A stretch of DNA of 64,000 nt from Vitrella brassicaformis CCMP3155 (Eukaryota > Protista > Chromerida). Below the pieces are notes generated by a model. The model did no database searches. It had not been told where the DNA came from and saw only the letters and a program-made list of their open reading frames with translations. The stretch lies in contig CDMY01000484.1 of assembly GCA_001179505.1 (NCBI GenBank), positions 1 to 64,000 on the forward strand, read 5' to 3'. Shown here piece after piece: positions 28,601-41,600 of the stretch (its first letter is position 1; every line of letters begins with the position of its first letter). The position numbers and the translations under genes are program-made.

Positions 28601-30985
28601 ATCCGCAGTCTCTGAAGTTCCACGACACGATCAAGAAACAATACCCCGATCATTCCCTTATCGGCATCGCATGTATGTAGCAGGGCTCGCAGATAAAAGG
28701 AGGGGCTTGTGCACATCGACCGACTCTCGTGCCGTTTCTCTGCGGTGCTCTGCAGTCGACCCACTTCGCGATCCGTCCGATCCGCACCTATACGTCTCAC
28801 ACGCACCCATATATTACTGGGCAAGCGCAAAAGGCCCACAAGGAGCACGGCGAGAGCCTCTCTGTGCTATATGGCTTCAGTGGAGGAAGGGCATCACATG
28901 CTTTGAAGGAGAGAATGGCTACGCTGCCTTTATGGCCAAGATCTCTCGTCTGACTGGTCCTGACTTCTCGGTCCTGGAGACGGTTGTGGAGGGCCTTCCC
29001 AATGGGAACAGTGACCATAACGTGAATGGCATCTATTTCGACAACGATGGCAGTCTGTACGCATGCTCCGGGAGTGCGACGAATGCCGGATGGCCGAGTA
29101 ACCCCTTCCACAATACTATCATTATACTATTGTCATATCATCACCTCAGACTGTATGCTCGGTGGGCTGCCCGAGTCGCCCCTGACTGGGGCGCTCCTGA
29201 AGGTACACGAACAATGGAGGATGCTGAAACTAGTCATGCGAGAGGTGCATTGATTGCCATTTGGTTCCCCAGATAGATGTTCGCAATCCAAAGCTGACCA
29301 ATAAGATCGAGTATGTCTACTATAAGACACGAGAACTTGTTGAGAAGCCAAATCAGGTTTGCCAGACAGAGGAAGGCTGACTTGTCTCGACTTTTTGACG
29401 GTCTGCAGGTGGAGGGCGATCGCTATGATCTGGCTGATTCTGCGGTTGGCATTTTCATTTGGGCCAGTGGCTTACGGAACATTTATGACGCTACCTATAC
29501 AACAAAAGGTGCGCCCGTGGCGAGTCGTTGTGTAGGTACATGAGGGGATTCAGGTATGTCTATCGGTCTTTCCGTCTGTCCGTGTGAAAAGGCGAAACAT
29601 ATATTATCATGAACGGTAAAAGCATAGAAGCACCAGGGCAACAGGAAACACGCAGTTTCTTTTGTGCGTGTGTGTGTGTGTGTTCTTTTGTGTGTGTGTG
29701 TGTGTGTTTCTTTTTTTTTGTGTTTCTTTTTTCTTCTGACTGCATTAGGCCCCAACAATTTTCTCGGAATGTGTGTGAACGGCGAGCCGCAAAGCAATGG
29801 CTGTACTGCTGCGGACTTCGACACATGGTAACCATAAATCGTCGACCGCAATGTGTGTGTCTGTGGTGTATCTGCGGATTATGTTCTCTTCTGCTCATGT
29901 TAGGGATGAGATTGAAAACCTGAGTGAACAAAGGATTGTCCGCAACCCTCTTTACCTGCCCAAACCTTACAAGGTGCCGAGAAGCGACAAGCTCAAGAAC
30001 TGCCAGCCAGTCATACGCCCACATTTCAAGACGCCCGATAGGATATTTCGAAGTTTCGAGGGCGCGCACCACGGTCATCCTAATCCAGCCAGAGCGAGAA
30101 ACACGAATGACACGAAACAGTGGTAGGCAACCACGTGTTCAACTGGTATTGTCAGCTATTACGGGACCTGCCGATGGTTGTGATTGGCTAGGTACCATCA
30201 CGTATTGACACCGGATATGGAATACACTCCAGGCTGGGAAATACCCTCGCCAACAGTACGCTGAAAGAGAAGAGCGACGGTAGCTCTCTGTCCGATCATT
30301 ATGTACATGTCGCTCTTTCGTCATATCAGACGGGAATCAGTGAGTACCGGGGGACGTGTTTCGGCGGAAAGCTCCGTGATGATATGCTGGTCTCGAGGTG
30401 GAGAAAAGGAATCTACTTCCTCGACTTGCCCGACGATGAAAACGCCAATGAAAGCATTGAGTGGGTTGAAACATCTCACAGTTCACAGTAACTTCTGTAT
30501 GTGTGTCCATACAATACAGGATCCTGACGAGTGACACCGGAGAGCAGAACCTTAACATTGTCTACGGACCCGGTTGCTCGATAGTCATCGTGTCATTTGT
30601 CAAGGATGAGGTGACGATCATCACTCCCGAGGAGGAATCGCTGGATAAGTTCGAAGCGGAGGAGCTAGCGGCGGGCACTGCTGTAATCTACGACATCCTA
30701 CCATGGCGAGCACCTACACAATTCGACATTCCCTTCACCGTTGGAGGACGCAGATTTAAGAAAGAGAAAAAGCCAGCCGCGGTCCGCATAGGTGGCGTCG
30801 AGGCCGAAATTAGTTCGTTTGATGACACCCGCATCGAAGGGATTATTCGAGCAGGGCATACGAGGGATAAGCCCGCAAAGAAACTCGTTGATGTCGAAGT
30901 CATCTTCTCTGATCATACAAGAGCACTTCTCAAAGAAGCGTTCATGTTTCTCAATGCACCTCCGCAGTCAGACCATGACTTGTAG
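25683..30985 (+). CDS. Secreted multidomain protein: PKD-like + PA14-like + IPT/TIG + glucose/sorbosone-dehydrogenase-like beta-propeller + IPT/TIG
   Basis: Signal peptide MMPEVFVVQPLVIASFVLVSPVLSA. VDYDGDGQEALLLD..SIGEHTSRLTI (PKD-like). PFINKVTPDVMSPNGGQEMIIHGVGF..VETSSGISN (TIG). Propeller motifs WGPDAKTFYVGT, VEGLPNGNSDHNVNGIYFDNDGSLY, GGLPESPLTGALL, ASGLRNIYD, HHGHPNPAR, TGISEYRGTCFGGKLRDD. C-terminal TIG (FTVGGRRF..VRIGG..VDVEV). Many GT-AG introns. Confidence 0.7.
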
Positions 30986-31832
30986 TGAGTATGGATTGTT
31001 GAAGCAGCATATCTCTAAGTTTTAATAGTTGTTCGGAACTCGCCTCAGCCTGCTGAGGGAGGCACGCTCATACCTTCGATCCCGCGTCCGTCCACCGCAA
31101 AATTAAATCAAGCTCGCTACCCCCTCGTATGAAGATGCTCTCCTCGGGCGCCAACCTCGTAGGCGGGAGGGATGCGCCCTCCTCCGCAGAAGTCAGGCCC
31201 AAGCTCGAGCCCCCTTTCGCCTTTCACAGGATAAAAGGATGAGAGAGGGAATTAAGGAAGTAGAGAGACAGGGGAAGCAACGGAGAAACCCGACGGAACG
31301 TGTGCCTGTGGGGGCAGAGACGCTCCTCCTTCCACTCCGAGTGCTAAGCTGATATACAGCCAGGGGGCTGAGATGATGTAGAAAGCGTCAAACGACTCCA
31401 CTTGAAGTAAAAGCTCCGCACCTGACGTGGACAACCGGCGCAAGATTGGCGCGTGCCGCGGACAGCGCAGCGAGAGACGACAGATAGTCGCCTTTCGGGC
31501 ACCTGCGTGTCGCAAGACAACACAGCCCATGCCCATGGCCGTTCCAGCAGTAGTGGTATGGGGCTTCCAGTAGGCACGTGATTCTGGTCACAACGACATG
31601 TCTCCAGCTTTATGCATGCGTGCCGGGCACTCCTGTCTTTCCCTTCCTCTCTGCACGTGTGCACGGATGAGTGTATTGGTGTCTTCTTTGACTGTTCGTC
31701 CGGCTGCTGGCGATCATCTAAGTACACAAGATACATCCATCCGTTTGTGCATCCATCGCCTGATTCTTTTTTCATCCCTTGCACTGTCAAATGATGTGTT
31801 GATGGTGTGTTGAGGTCTTGCGTGTGTATCTA

Positions 31833-32190
31833 CTGGAAAACTGGCACATTCATTGGAAAACTGGCACATTCATCGGAAAACTGACACATTGATTGGAAAA
31901 CTGGCACTAGGCAGTGGAAAACTGGCACATTGATTAGAAGACTGGCATCAGGCAGTCGACAACTGGCATCAGGCATTGGAAAACTGGGTCAAGCAGCAGA
32001 AAACCAGTTTTCCGCGTCGGATCGCCAGTTTTCCACGTCAGAGGGCCAGTTTGCCACTCAGGGCGTCAGTTTTCCACGTCAGATATCGATCACCAGTTTT
32101 CCGCGTCAGAGGGCCAGTTTTCCACTCAGGGCGTCAGTTTTCCACTGCAGAGCACCAGTTTTTCGGGCCCCTGGCTCAGTTTTGTTGCAG
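31833..32190. repeat. Convergent arrays of ~20-21-bp units: 8 x GGAAAACTGG-core, then ~9 x CCAGTTTTCC-core
   Basis: Forward units at 31835, 31855, 31875, 31895, 31916, 31936, 31957, 31978; inverted units from 32005 to ~32185. Confidence 0.85.
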
Positions 32191-32344
32191 GGGGCCTGAA
32201 ATGAGGCCGTAGAATCTATCGGATCTGCTGTGCATGGATGATGCTTCGCTGGAAAAGGGAGGGAGGCCTCCTAATTTCTTGCCAGCATCGTGTTTCTGGC
32301 CGAGGAAAATGACTGGCCGGCCAGCTTGATACTCCCCACGTGGT

Positions 32345-32405
32345 ATGGCATATCCCACGGGGGATGGCATATCCCGCGGGATACTTGTATCCCACGGGAT
32401 ACAAG
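32345..32405. repeat. Cluster of TATCCC(A/G)CGGG palindromes
   Basis: TATCCCGCGGGATA perfect palindrome at 32370-32383; CTTGTATCCC-AC-GGGATACAAG hairpin at 32384-32405. Confidence 0.8.
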
Positions 32406-32584
32406 GTCGTCATTTCTGCTCATTCCGCTTCATCTGGTCGGAACAAAATCATCGCTCTCGATTCCCTTCTTGTCTTCAACAAACATTCCATCGTTGTTTG
32501 TCTTCATCGATTTTGCTCCTCGAGGCTCACCCCGGGCTGTCTTTGGCGCATCCCCTCATCAAATCTCCCCCCCCCCCCCCCCCC

Positions 32585-32884
32585 NNNNNNNNNNNNNNNN
32601 NNNNNNNNNNNNNNNNNNNNNNNNNNNNNNNNNNNNNNNNNNNNNNNNNNNNNNNNNNNNNNNNNNNNNNNNNNNNNNNNNNNNNNNNNNNNNNNNNNNN
32701 NNNNNNNNNNNNNNNNNNNNNNNNNNNNNNNNNNNNNNNNNNNNNNNNNNNNNNNNNNNNNNNNNNNNNNNNNNNNNNNNNNNNNNNNNNNNNNNNNNNN
32801 NNNNNNNNNNNNNNNNNNNNNNNNNNNNNNNNNNNNNNNNNNNNNNNNNNNNNNNNNNNNNNNNNNNNNNNNNNNNNNNNNNNN
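32585..32884. other. Assembly gap (300 N) flanked by poly-C
   Basis: Run of N with C-runs on both sides. Confidence 1.
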
Positions 32885-34477
32885 CCCCCCCCCCCCCCCG
32901 GCGAGGTCTCTTGGCCGTGAGGTCATCAACACATCGCTCGGCGGGCTTGTTGGTCGACGGTTCTATCACACCAGCCCCTTGTGTCTCGTGCCTCCTCTGC
33001 TGATTGGCGCCTCCACGCGTAGTGAACAAAGACGGGGAAGAACGGGTAAAGGGATACAACTGACATTTCCTCGCTTTGAGACGTGTACATTTGCGTGTTT
33101 TTGGATTCGTGCGTGTGTGGCAGTGTGCCATCGACCCCTACCTCCGTTGACTAGGTGCCTGCGGTGTACGTGACACCAGGTCGGCTTGATTCGTGTGCTT
33201 GTCGTCACTCAATTTTGATTGTCTCTCATCGACAGGTCAATCAGCATCGAGTAAGCGCTATTTCATGGCGTCCTCTAACCCCCAAGCAACCGGGCCGACA
33301 TCAGTTTTCCGCATGGGGCCCCGGTTTTCCGCACAGAACACGGTTTCCCACCCCCCTGGGTCAGTTTTCTGGCTATGCAGCGCTTGTAGTGCTGATGTGT
33401 GAGACCTCTAAAGAGGAGCAGAGCGATCACAGGAGCGCACGCTGAAGTCTGTTTTCATCTGAGAAAAAGTCCGTTTCAGGTGATAACGAATTTTGGGCGT
33501 CAGGAGCGGCTGCAAGGAGCTCAGGTATGACATTGACTGGCTGCGCCTGTGTCAGTGCTGAATGCGCCTGAGGTAATCGGAGGCCATCAGAGCGGGAGGC
33601 GGACCTCACGGATCCGGGATGTGCTCGCCAGAGTCGCGGTTGATTACGGGTTCCTCAGGGTAAATGGCATGTACGGCCTGATGGGACGCCGCCTGTGGCT
33701 TCGTAACAGCGAGTTATACGCCCGTGAGGAGCCGAGTCGCCTCGCTGAGGGCGATCTGCTGAACGGGCTGCAAGAGAACACTCCGTTGAGGATGTTCTTG
33801 TGAGCTTCCGTATGCGATGAAGCAGAGCGACACAAAAGGAGACATGGTGCACGTGCGGCCATGCTCGCTTCGTGTGTCTTGGACGGCCGAACGAAAGCAA
33901 TGAGAGAGTGTGTCATTGACTTGTCGTTTCGTGCCTGGTCGACGGCGTGTTACGCGATAGAGAGAAGGCAGTGATTTTTCCTTCTTGACGGATGGAATGT
34001 CTCTGTATGTTACGTATGGCTTCATGGCATCCCACCAGCACTTCGCGTCTCTCTTGTCAGCTGAGACTCAGACCTCCCTTGTGAAGGTGTGGTGAATGGT
34101 TGCGTATATGATGCGATGCGATTGGTCATCCTCATATTCAGTAATGAGCTGGGCTGGAAGTAGACATGCGTCGAATGCAATGTCTCTTATCGTGTGTCGG
34201 TCGGATTGGTTTGTATTTGACGATCGATCAATCCCTCTCGCCCACACGACCCCTTACATACGCTCGCGAACCATTCGTGTGACGATGGGTCCTCGTTTGT
34301 TGATTGTCTTCTTTGTACGTCGCTCACACATCACGATCCAACCCCATGACACCACCTCTGTTGTACGCCCGTATGCCGGAATGCCTGATCTGCATACCTC
34401 ATTGCCTCCTTGCGTGTGGCTGCCTGCCGTCTTTTTCTTACCAGCTGCTAGTGGCTGCCAGGTGTGACTGTTCGGCC

Positions 34478-34662
34478 TTTCTTTGCTTTGCCTTGCTTTG
34501 CTTTGCTTTGCTTTGCTTGTCTCCTCTCCCTCGTCACCTTTGGCTTTTGGCTTTGCTTTGCTTTGCTTGTCTCCTCTCCCTCCGTGTCCTTCACCTTTCG
34601 CTTTGCTTTGCTTTGCTTGTCTCCTCTCCCTCGTCTTTCGCTTTGCTTTGCTTTGCTTGTCT
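34478..34662. repeat. (CTTTG)n-CTTGTCTCCTCTCCC composite minisatellite
   Basis: Three to four units of (ctttg)n followed by cttgtctcctctccc; related ctttgc-rich tract at ~37515-37720. Confidence 0.8.
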
Positions 34663-36389
34663 GGGGCCCCGTGGGGCCAGATAAATTCGAAACCCCGGCG
34701 GTAGGTGGGCGGGGGATGCACACGACAGCTCTAGTCCTTTTTCTTCCCCACTTTAGTACATTTCTCTTTCCTTGTTCGTGGAAGAATGACAGTACATACA
34801 TGCGTTACTGGCTACCTGCATGCATAAGTTTGAGTTGCGTTGCACTGTTGCGGCGATGGAGAGCTGGGACATAGACGTGGCACCGAAAGTCGGTCGTGAG
34901 ACGTCATGGTTCGACGGTGTGTCAGAAAACAGGGCTCTTTTGTCAATGTACAGACAATGCATTGCCGTCCATTGCCCTTCTTGTTCCGATTGGTACTGGT
35001 TTGCGCCGGCAAGCGCTGAATACGAAGTGACTGACTGAGGAGCCGTCTGAGACTTGTACGCGATGATTGGGATTTGTAAGTGAAGCGAGAGAGATGCTCT
35101 GCTTACTCGGTATGCCGACCGACCGAGACAAATCCACCCTGTCCTATCTAGTCAGTTGATTGATTGGTTGAATGATTGATTTACTGGTTGATTAATTGAT
35201 TGGTTCGTGTACGTACAAGCTCCGACTGTCTGTCTCTGTGAATGCATGTGGTGCATCTGCCGACACTGTCTGGCTATTTGTCTGTATGAATTATGTATGC
35301 ATGTCTCTATGTGTTGTGTGTAATCTTATGTCTGTCTTATGTGCGCGTGCGTGTATGTGTGTAAGCGTGAAGGCAAATGGACTGTGTGGATAATACAAAC
35401 GAGTGTTATCTAGTTTGATGTGTGAAGGACATCGGTTTGCGACAGAAGAACATGGCAAGGAAGCTGTGATTCAACGTGTTGCAACCCAAAAGTTTTAAAT
35501 CGTCCTTTTTTGCGGCTTTTAAAATGCGTTACTTGTTTATCGGATTTCTTCAAAGTCTCTCCTCAGTTTTTCATTTGTTTGCGTTGTTTTTAAATATTTT
35601 TCGGCGGTTTGCCGGTTTCAAAATATTTTTTGGCACATTTGGGACGTTTTAAAAATGTGCGATCAGGGGAGGAGGCTTCCACGGGGTGTCATCACTTCTT
35701 CACGGATGATCAGACAAGAGATCGTGCTCGCAACGGATGAAATGACATAAACGGAGCAGAGAATGTAAAAAAAGGGTATATGGATGCTGTAATTAGAGCT
35801 CGGATAAGTTTGATGCACGGAAAGGAGACATCTCGCTCCTCTTAAATTCGGGAACGGATTTCGAAGCTGGGGCAGTGCCAGGCCTGGGAAGGGCCCTCCA
35901 TCTTGGATCATCACAGTGTCGGCTTTCCGTCAAACCTCTACTTTCTCTCCTTGTTGGGTCTTTGTTTAGCACGTAGGCCTTTACACGAGTGAGCAGGGCA
36001 TCTTTTTCCCTCTCTGGCGAACCCCAATCATCGCAACAAGCCGTGTCTCAGAGTGTTTCAGACGACTCTTTAGTACTCTTTAGTTAGTCACACCATGTGG
36101 TCTACTGACACAACTGAAATCGTGGTTATTGTATAGAAGAGACTTGGCACTTGACAACGACACACAAAGGAAAGCTCTCAGGCACAGAACACTGTGCAAC
36201 TTTCGGCTTTTACACGGGCCTGGCCGGGGGTAGCGCTCAACGGAGGGCAAGATGAAGCACATGCGTGGCTGCAAAAGAACAGAGCGGGGTGCGAAATCGT
36301 GCCTGACGGGATCCACACGTTTGACAACCCACGATGCACACCGTTTGGTGGTTGGGGTTAGTTGGGATGTGTAAACCTTTATTGGTTGG

Positions 36390-37380
36390 GAGGCGAAGAG
36401 AGCGACGGCCACATGCGTGTGGATCGAGCTGGGAGAGGTGTATCCAGATTATAGCTTGACGGCTGCGTAAACTCGGAGAGGAGAGCGAGCCCGCTCGCGT
36501 GTGAATACAGCATAGCGAGATGTATCATGCATTGACACAATCGTGCTGGTTCTCCTTCTCAAGACGGTCCAGGGCGATGGCCTCTGGCGTGCAGACACAA
36601 CATGACAAGATGTATCAGACATACATGCTTTCGCATCGAATGCATCACAATCCCGAGAGAAATCAGCAGAACACCCCGAATTCCGTGTAACCAACATCAC
36701 TTTTCGGTGGTTTTCGGCACTTTTTGTTGCGCCAAGGAGTGGGCGCAATTGCAATTGGAAGCAAACTCGTTTCTCGCAGTGTCCGTGCGCATATATTTGA
36801 TCAACCAGATCTTAAAGCGTGTGCATGGAGATTGCGTTGCAACTAGTCAGCGATTGTTAGCGATGCGCAAGTTTTCAGCGGCTATGGTCTCGTTTGCGGG
36901 GCCGAAGAGCGACGGCCGCTTGCGTACGAACAGAACGTAGAGCAGTGTGCCGTGGACGATAGATTGTGTTTGGCTTGGGTTGATGGCTGTGTAAACTTTC
37001 AGTGACCGGTTCTTCTTTTTGACGGAACGAAAAGCCATTAGCGCTTGCGTGTGAACACAGCGTAGCGGAATGTACCATGCATTGACACAGTCGTGGTGAT
37101 TTGGGTTGACGGCAGCATGAACTTTCGGTGAGTGGTTCTCGTTTTTCACAGAACACAGAGCGATGACCGCATGCGTGAGGACAGAGCTGATGGAGCAGCA
37201 CTCACACACAGGGTTGCGCGTCGAACGCAGCAGAAACCGGAGAGAAAACATCAAAAAGCCTATTTTCCGGGTTTTTTGCGGCCGTTTTTCGCGCGAACGC
37301 GTGCACGGATTTGAAGCTCGAAGCAAACTCTTCCTCGCAGTGACCCCCTCCACAAGCATCACAAAGCAGATCTTGAAAAG
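36390..37380. repeat. Diverged ~0.55-kb tandem duplication
   Basis: Collinear anchors: gaagag(ag)cgacggcc at ~36395 and ~36905; cattgacaca at 36530 and 37080; aagcaaactc at 36759 and 37321. Confidence 0.6.
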
Positions 37381-37835
37381 ACCCCCTAGAAAAAAAGTTG
37401 GGTCAAAATTGGGTTATCGCCTGTGAAATTGGGGTCGTATAACCACCCTCCAGCTCAGCTTTCAGCCTAGAGCAACATCCGTGAAACTGATCTGAGCTGT
37501 CGTGTGCATTTGTTACCAAGCTTTGCTTGGCTTTGGCGAGCTTTGCTTGGCTTTGTCATGGGACCCTTTCGGCTGGCCCCCAACTTTTCGCTCAGTGTTT
37601 TCAGCACAGAGAGGGCTTTGCTCTGCTTCGCTTTGCTCTGCTTCGCTCATTGACCCTCCAGAGGAAAGGTTCGTCCGTTGGTTGGCTTTGCTCAGGCCGG
37701 TTTGCTGGGTTTGCTTTGGGGACTCCGTGGCGTACCAATCGGCCAAAGGAGCCGGCGTGTTTGAATGAATTGGATGAATGGAAGTCCGTTTCCCGGGATC
37801 AAACATGTACACATGCATACACATGCAAAGAGATA

Positions 37836-40404
37836 GTGAGGGGTCTTCCTCTCGCTTTGGTCATCTTGTTCGCATGGAGGCTTACGGAGCAGGTTGCTGC
37901 AATAAGTGAGCTGGAGGTGTCTCGACGCAACACCGAGCAGCTGATACCGGCTCTGAAGGCGATGGGGATAGACCCAGCAAAAGAACAAAACCTCAGAAGG
38001 GACAACAAAAAGGGCCACAAAGACCCACGTCTGTCACCCAATTTGGCAGCTCTGTGGAGCGCTACCCCCTTTGTCTATGCACATCCCCTGCCCAACGCTG
38101 TCCTCGTCTCGCCCCATACGACCATTGGGTTCAGGTCGCAGGATGGCATGAAGGAGGATACCATTTATGACAAGATTGAAGTGAACGGGGAGGTGTCGGG
38201 AGACCACTCGACCGGAGAGACGCTTCTGCTTGATGATGGACGCACTGTGCTCTTCAAGCCGGTGGACACATTCACTCCTGGAGAAAGGGTGCTTGTGAGC
38301 GTTAAGGCTGGTATGGAGACGACGGAGGGAAGCACCCTGCCTTCCGCTGCATGGAATTTCACAATGTCTTGGAGGAAGCTGGACACTTACAGCGCATACA
38401 AGGCAGCGCAGCCCCAAGTGGACGAAGAACATACGGACTCCCTCACTCTCGGGTTGCTTAAGAAGATCCAGGACATTTATTGGCTGGATGGCATTTCGAA
38501 GAATGAGACATGGGACGAGGAAACACGGACTGATGGCTCATGCAATGACGCGTCCAATTGTGATGATGTCGATACGTTTGCTGCCCCTAACCCTGCTTAT
38601 TGCACTCTTTCAGAAGGGTACCCTCGAATGCGTGTGACTCAGATGGGCGACATATCCACGCTTGCACCTGGGTACGTGTTCATATCGAGTGGTACGGACA
38701 CCGATAATTCGAGAGGTATGGAGATTATAATGACGTCAGAGGGCGATCCCGTCTTCCACGCAGAGAAGGGGTCCGCACTCTTCTCACCAACGCCTGAGGG
38801 GCAGCAGCTTTTCACAAGGGAAGGCCCGCGTATCCGTCTTGTGGGACCTGATTACAGGGAGACAGCTTCATTCTCAGCGCAGCACGGACAGGTCATCAAT
38901 GGGCACGAGTTTCAAGTGGCGAAGAATGGCAACGGCTTACTCTTCGCGTGAGTAGTGTCTTAACTTGGGATGATGATGTTTTCGTAGTGTTTTATTGGCT
39001 CTCAGATATGACGTGCAGCCGCTGGACACGACGAAGATTCGTTCGAACTTAGAGAACGGCGGCAAGAAAGTATGGGCCATAGGTGTCGTCATACAGGAGG
39101 TCACATCACAAGGTAAACAGAGAAGCATGTAGTTGTATGCGTTAAGTCTCGTCGTATGCTTCTGATTCGCATGAGATACTTCTTATGGACGCGAGAGTAG
39201 TGTATATAAGAAATTTAAATAAGTTTTCTCGGTATATATGCTCCTTTGTCTCCATAGGTCACGTCTTGTTTGAGTGGCGAAGTTGGGATCACACACCGAG
39301 GATCTTCTGGGAGACCCCGTACATTGTCATAAGACACTCGGGAGGCAGACTCTGGGATCTAGGACGTAGGCCTGGGAACATGTATGTGGTTGTGCCTGCG
39401 TTTGTGAATGCCTGTGGCTGTAATTGTGTGTATCCCTCAGACGCTAATTCTTTGGAGGAGACAGATGACAATGGTGTCATACTCTCTCTGCGAGCGCTCT
39501 CACAGGCAATTAAGATCAACCGGTACGTCAGTGTGCACCACACGTACACCGATCGGATCCATCATGCGCTTTCGATTATACAGCGACACCGGAAAAATTG
39601 AGTGGCGTCTTGGCGGCGAAAGTGGGGACTTTGAAATTGTGGACGATCCCCACGGCAGATTCATAGGCCAACACGACATAAGGGCTCCCGGTGGCAATCG
39701 GATCACTGTGTTTGACAATGCTCGTCTGAGACCTATTTTAGTCCCCGTCAACTACCCCTCTTACAACAGCTCCCGTGCTGTTGACTACCAGCTTGAATTT
39801 GACCGTCAGGGGCGTCCAACCGTGGCAACGTTAGTGAACGAGTATGAAACAGGCGTAAAGTCAATTGCATGGGGCAGCTACCGGCTTTTGCCGAATGGCA
39901 ATCGAGTCATCGGCACAGGTTTGGCGCTTGAGCAAAATCCCACATACATCGAGGTAACAAAGAATGTGAAAAGGCGAGACGACAACATCGTATTAGACGC
40001 TTCCTTTGGCAATTCTCGCTCAGATCAACGGGAAGAGCGACGCTCTGCTGACAATTCACTCATCACACTGTGTATATCGCGCCATAAAGGCAGACTGGCG
40101 CGGGCTTCCCTCTTGGAAGCCCACAGCTCTCCTGGACAACAACAATCCAGACAAGATCGTTCGCTTGCACTTCAGCTGGAACGGGGCTACTGAAGTAAGC
40201 AAGTGGCGGATACTGATCGGAGACACAGACAAGCCAACAGAGGTGCTGGAAGAGGTGCCAAGGACACAGTTTGAACACTGGGTTGAGGTCCCTGATTCAG
40301 CAATTGAGAAGTGTACGTACCTTCAAGCTGTGGCAATTGACGCAAAGGGGAGAAAGCTGAATCGGTCAGCGGTCGTTGCATCACCGGCCTGCACAAGTGA
40401 ATAA
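37836..40404 (+). CDS. Arylsulfotransferase (ASST, Arylsulfotran_2-like) with N-terminal Big_5/SbsA-type Ig domain, copy 1
   Basis: HPLPNAVLVSPHTTIGFR..TVLFKP..FTPGERVLVSV..WNFT (Ig). GHEFQV, FEWRSWDH, ANSLEETDDNGVILSLR, EWRLGG, GQHDIR, ITVFDN, WGSYRLLPNGN, YRA, LHFSWNGATEVSKWRIL (ASST). About 4 GT-AG introns; start codon not resolved. Confidence 0.8.
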
Positions 40405-41112
40405 TATTTTGGGTGTGTGGATGCGACGTGTACATGCGTCACTGGGATGGTCACGTTGCTTGCGCAGTTGAAGCAGACCATGCCTGGTTCATGTTGTGCA
40501 AGGAGAAGCAGCACGCTGCAAAGGCTTGGCCCGGGGTCATATGGCTCCGCCACTTCTTGAAATCGCAGACGTGCATTTTCCGAACAGAAAAGTCAACGTC
40601 AACGCTTAATTTGACTTTGAAATTGAACGTTTGTGCTGCGTTGTGCCATTGACTATGCTGCGTGCGATCAAGCCAGAAGGTGAGATTAGCTAGCAGACCT
40701 TTCGTGGGCAGTGACTCTGTCGCTGGGTAGGTAGCCTGCCCACCTGGGACATAGCACTGCGTGCGACTCACCATGGTTTAAGTAGCGATGCCTACACGTA
40801 ACATACATCCACACGTAACATGCATCCACCCATATATGTCACGCTGCATGTGCATGCTCATGTCGTGCTGTTTCGGGCTAATCAGGACGAGGAGCCTTTT
40901 TCGGGTGGTCGCTCTCTAGGTCACGACGGGTTAGGTCACGACACCCAGTCGTGACCTTGATAAGCCACCAACCGGTGAGAACCTCCTCTCTTGGAACTCA
41001 TGCACACAACATGAGGTATGTGATAACACTGACATGGTATCTGTGTCGTCGTTCTCGCCCTGTGAGGCGTCGCTTAGTTGTGATGATAAGGGCAGCTTTA
41101 TTGCCCCCAACT

Positions 41113-41600
41113 CTGCTTACGGTACCCTCGGATGCGTGTCACTCGAATGGGCGACATGTCCGAATTAGCAACTGGGTACGTTTTCATGCTGACTTCATCA
41201 TGACGTCCGAGGGCGATCCCGTCTTCCACGTGGACCATCGGTTTAGACTCTTCTCACCAACGCATCAGCGGCAGCTCGTCTTCAACGAGAATGGCCGACT
41301 TATCCGTGTTGTTGGGCCTGATTACAAGGAGACAGCCATTCTCTGCGCAGCACGGACAACTCATCAATAGTAACGAGTTTCATCTGGCGAAGAATGGCAA
41401 CAGCTTATTCTTCGGGTGAGTCAGTCCTGACTTGGGATATACTATGATGTGTTCGGCACATCAACAAACGCCCTCAGATACGACCTGCAGCCACTGGACA
41501 CCACGAAAATAAAATATAAATTAAATAAATTCGTTCGAGCCTGGAGAATGGTGGAAAGGAGGTGTACACCGTGGGTGTCGTCATACAGGAAATCACACTG
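41113..41600 (+). pseudogene. Arylsulfotransferase fragment, copy 2
   Basis: Collinear with copy 1 (YPRMRVT, IMTSEGDPVFH, GPDYKET, EFHLAKNGN, same intron position, YDLQPLDTTK, GVVIQE), but frameshifted, with an AT-rich insertion at ~41510-41530 and lacking both ends. Confidence 0.75.

Noticed and set aside
31833-32190. CRISPR-like array
   Set aside because: Units are ~20 bp with near-identical short spacers, orientation flips midway, no cas genes, eukaryotic context.
33549-33803. Short protein-like ORF (DVLARVAVDYGFLR..)
   Set aside because: No recognisable family or supporting exons; at most a gene fragment.
34254-34874. ORFs rich in KQSKA/LCFAL
   Set aside because: They are translations of the (CTTTG)n repeat.
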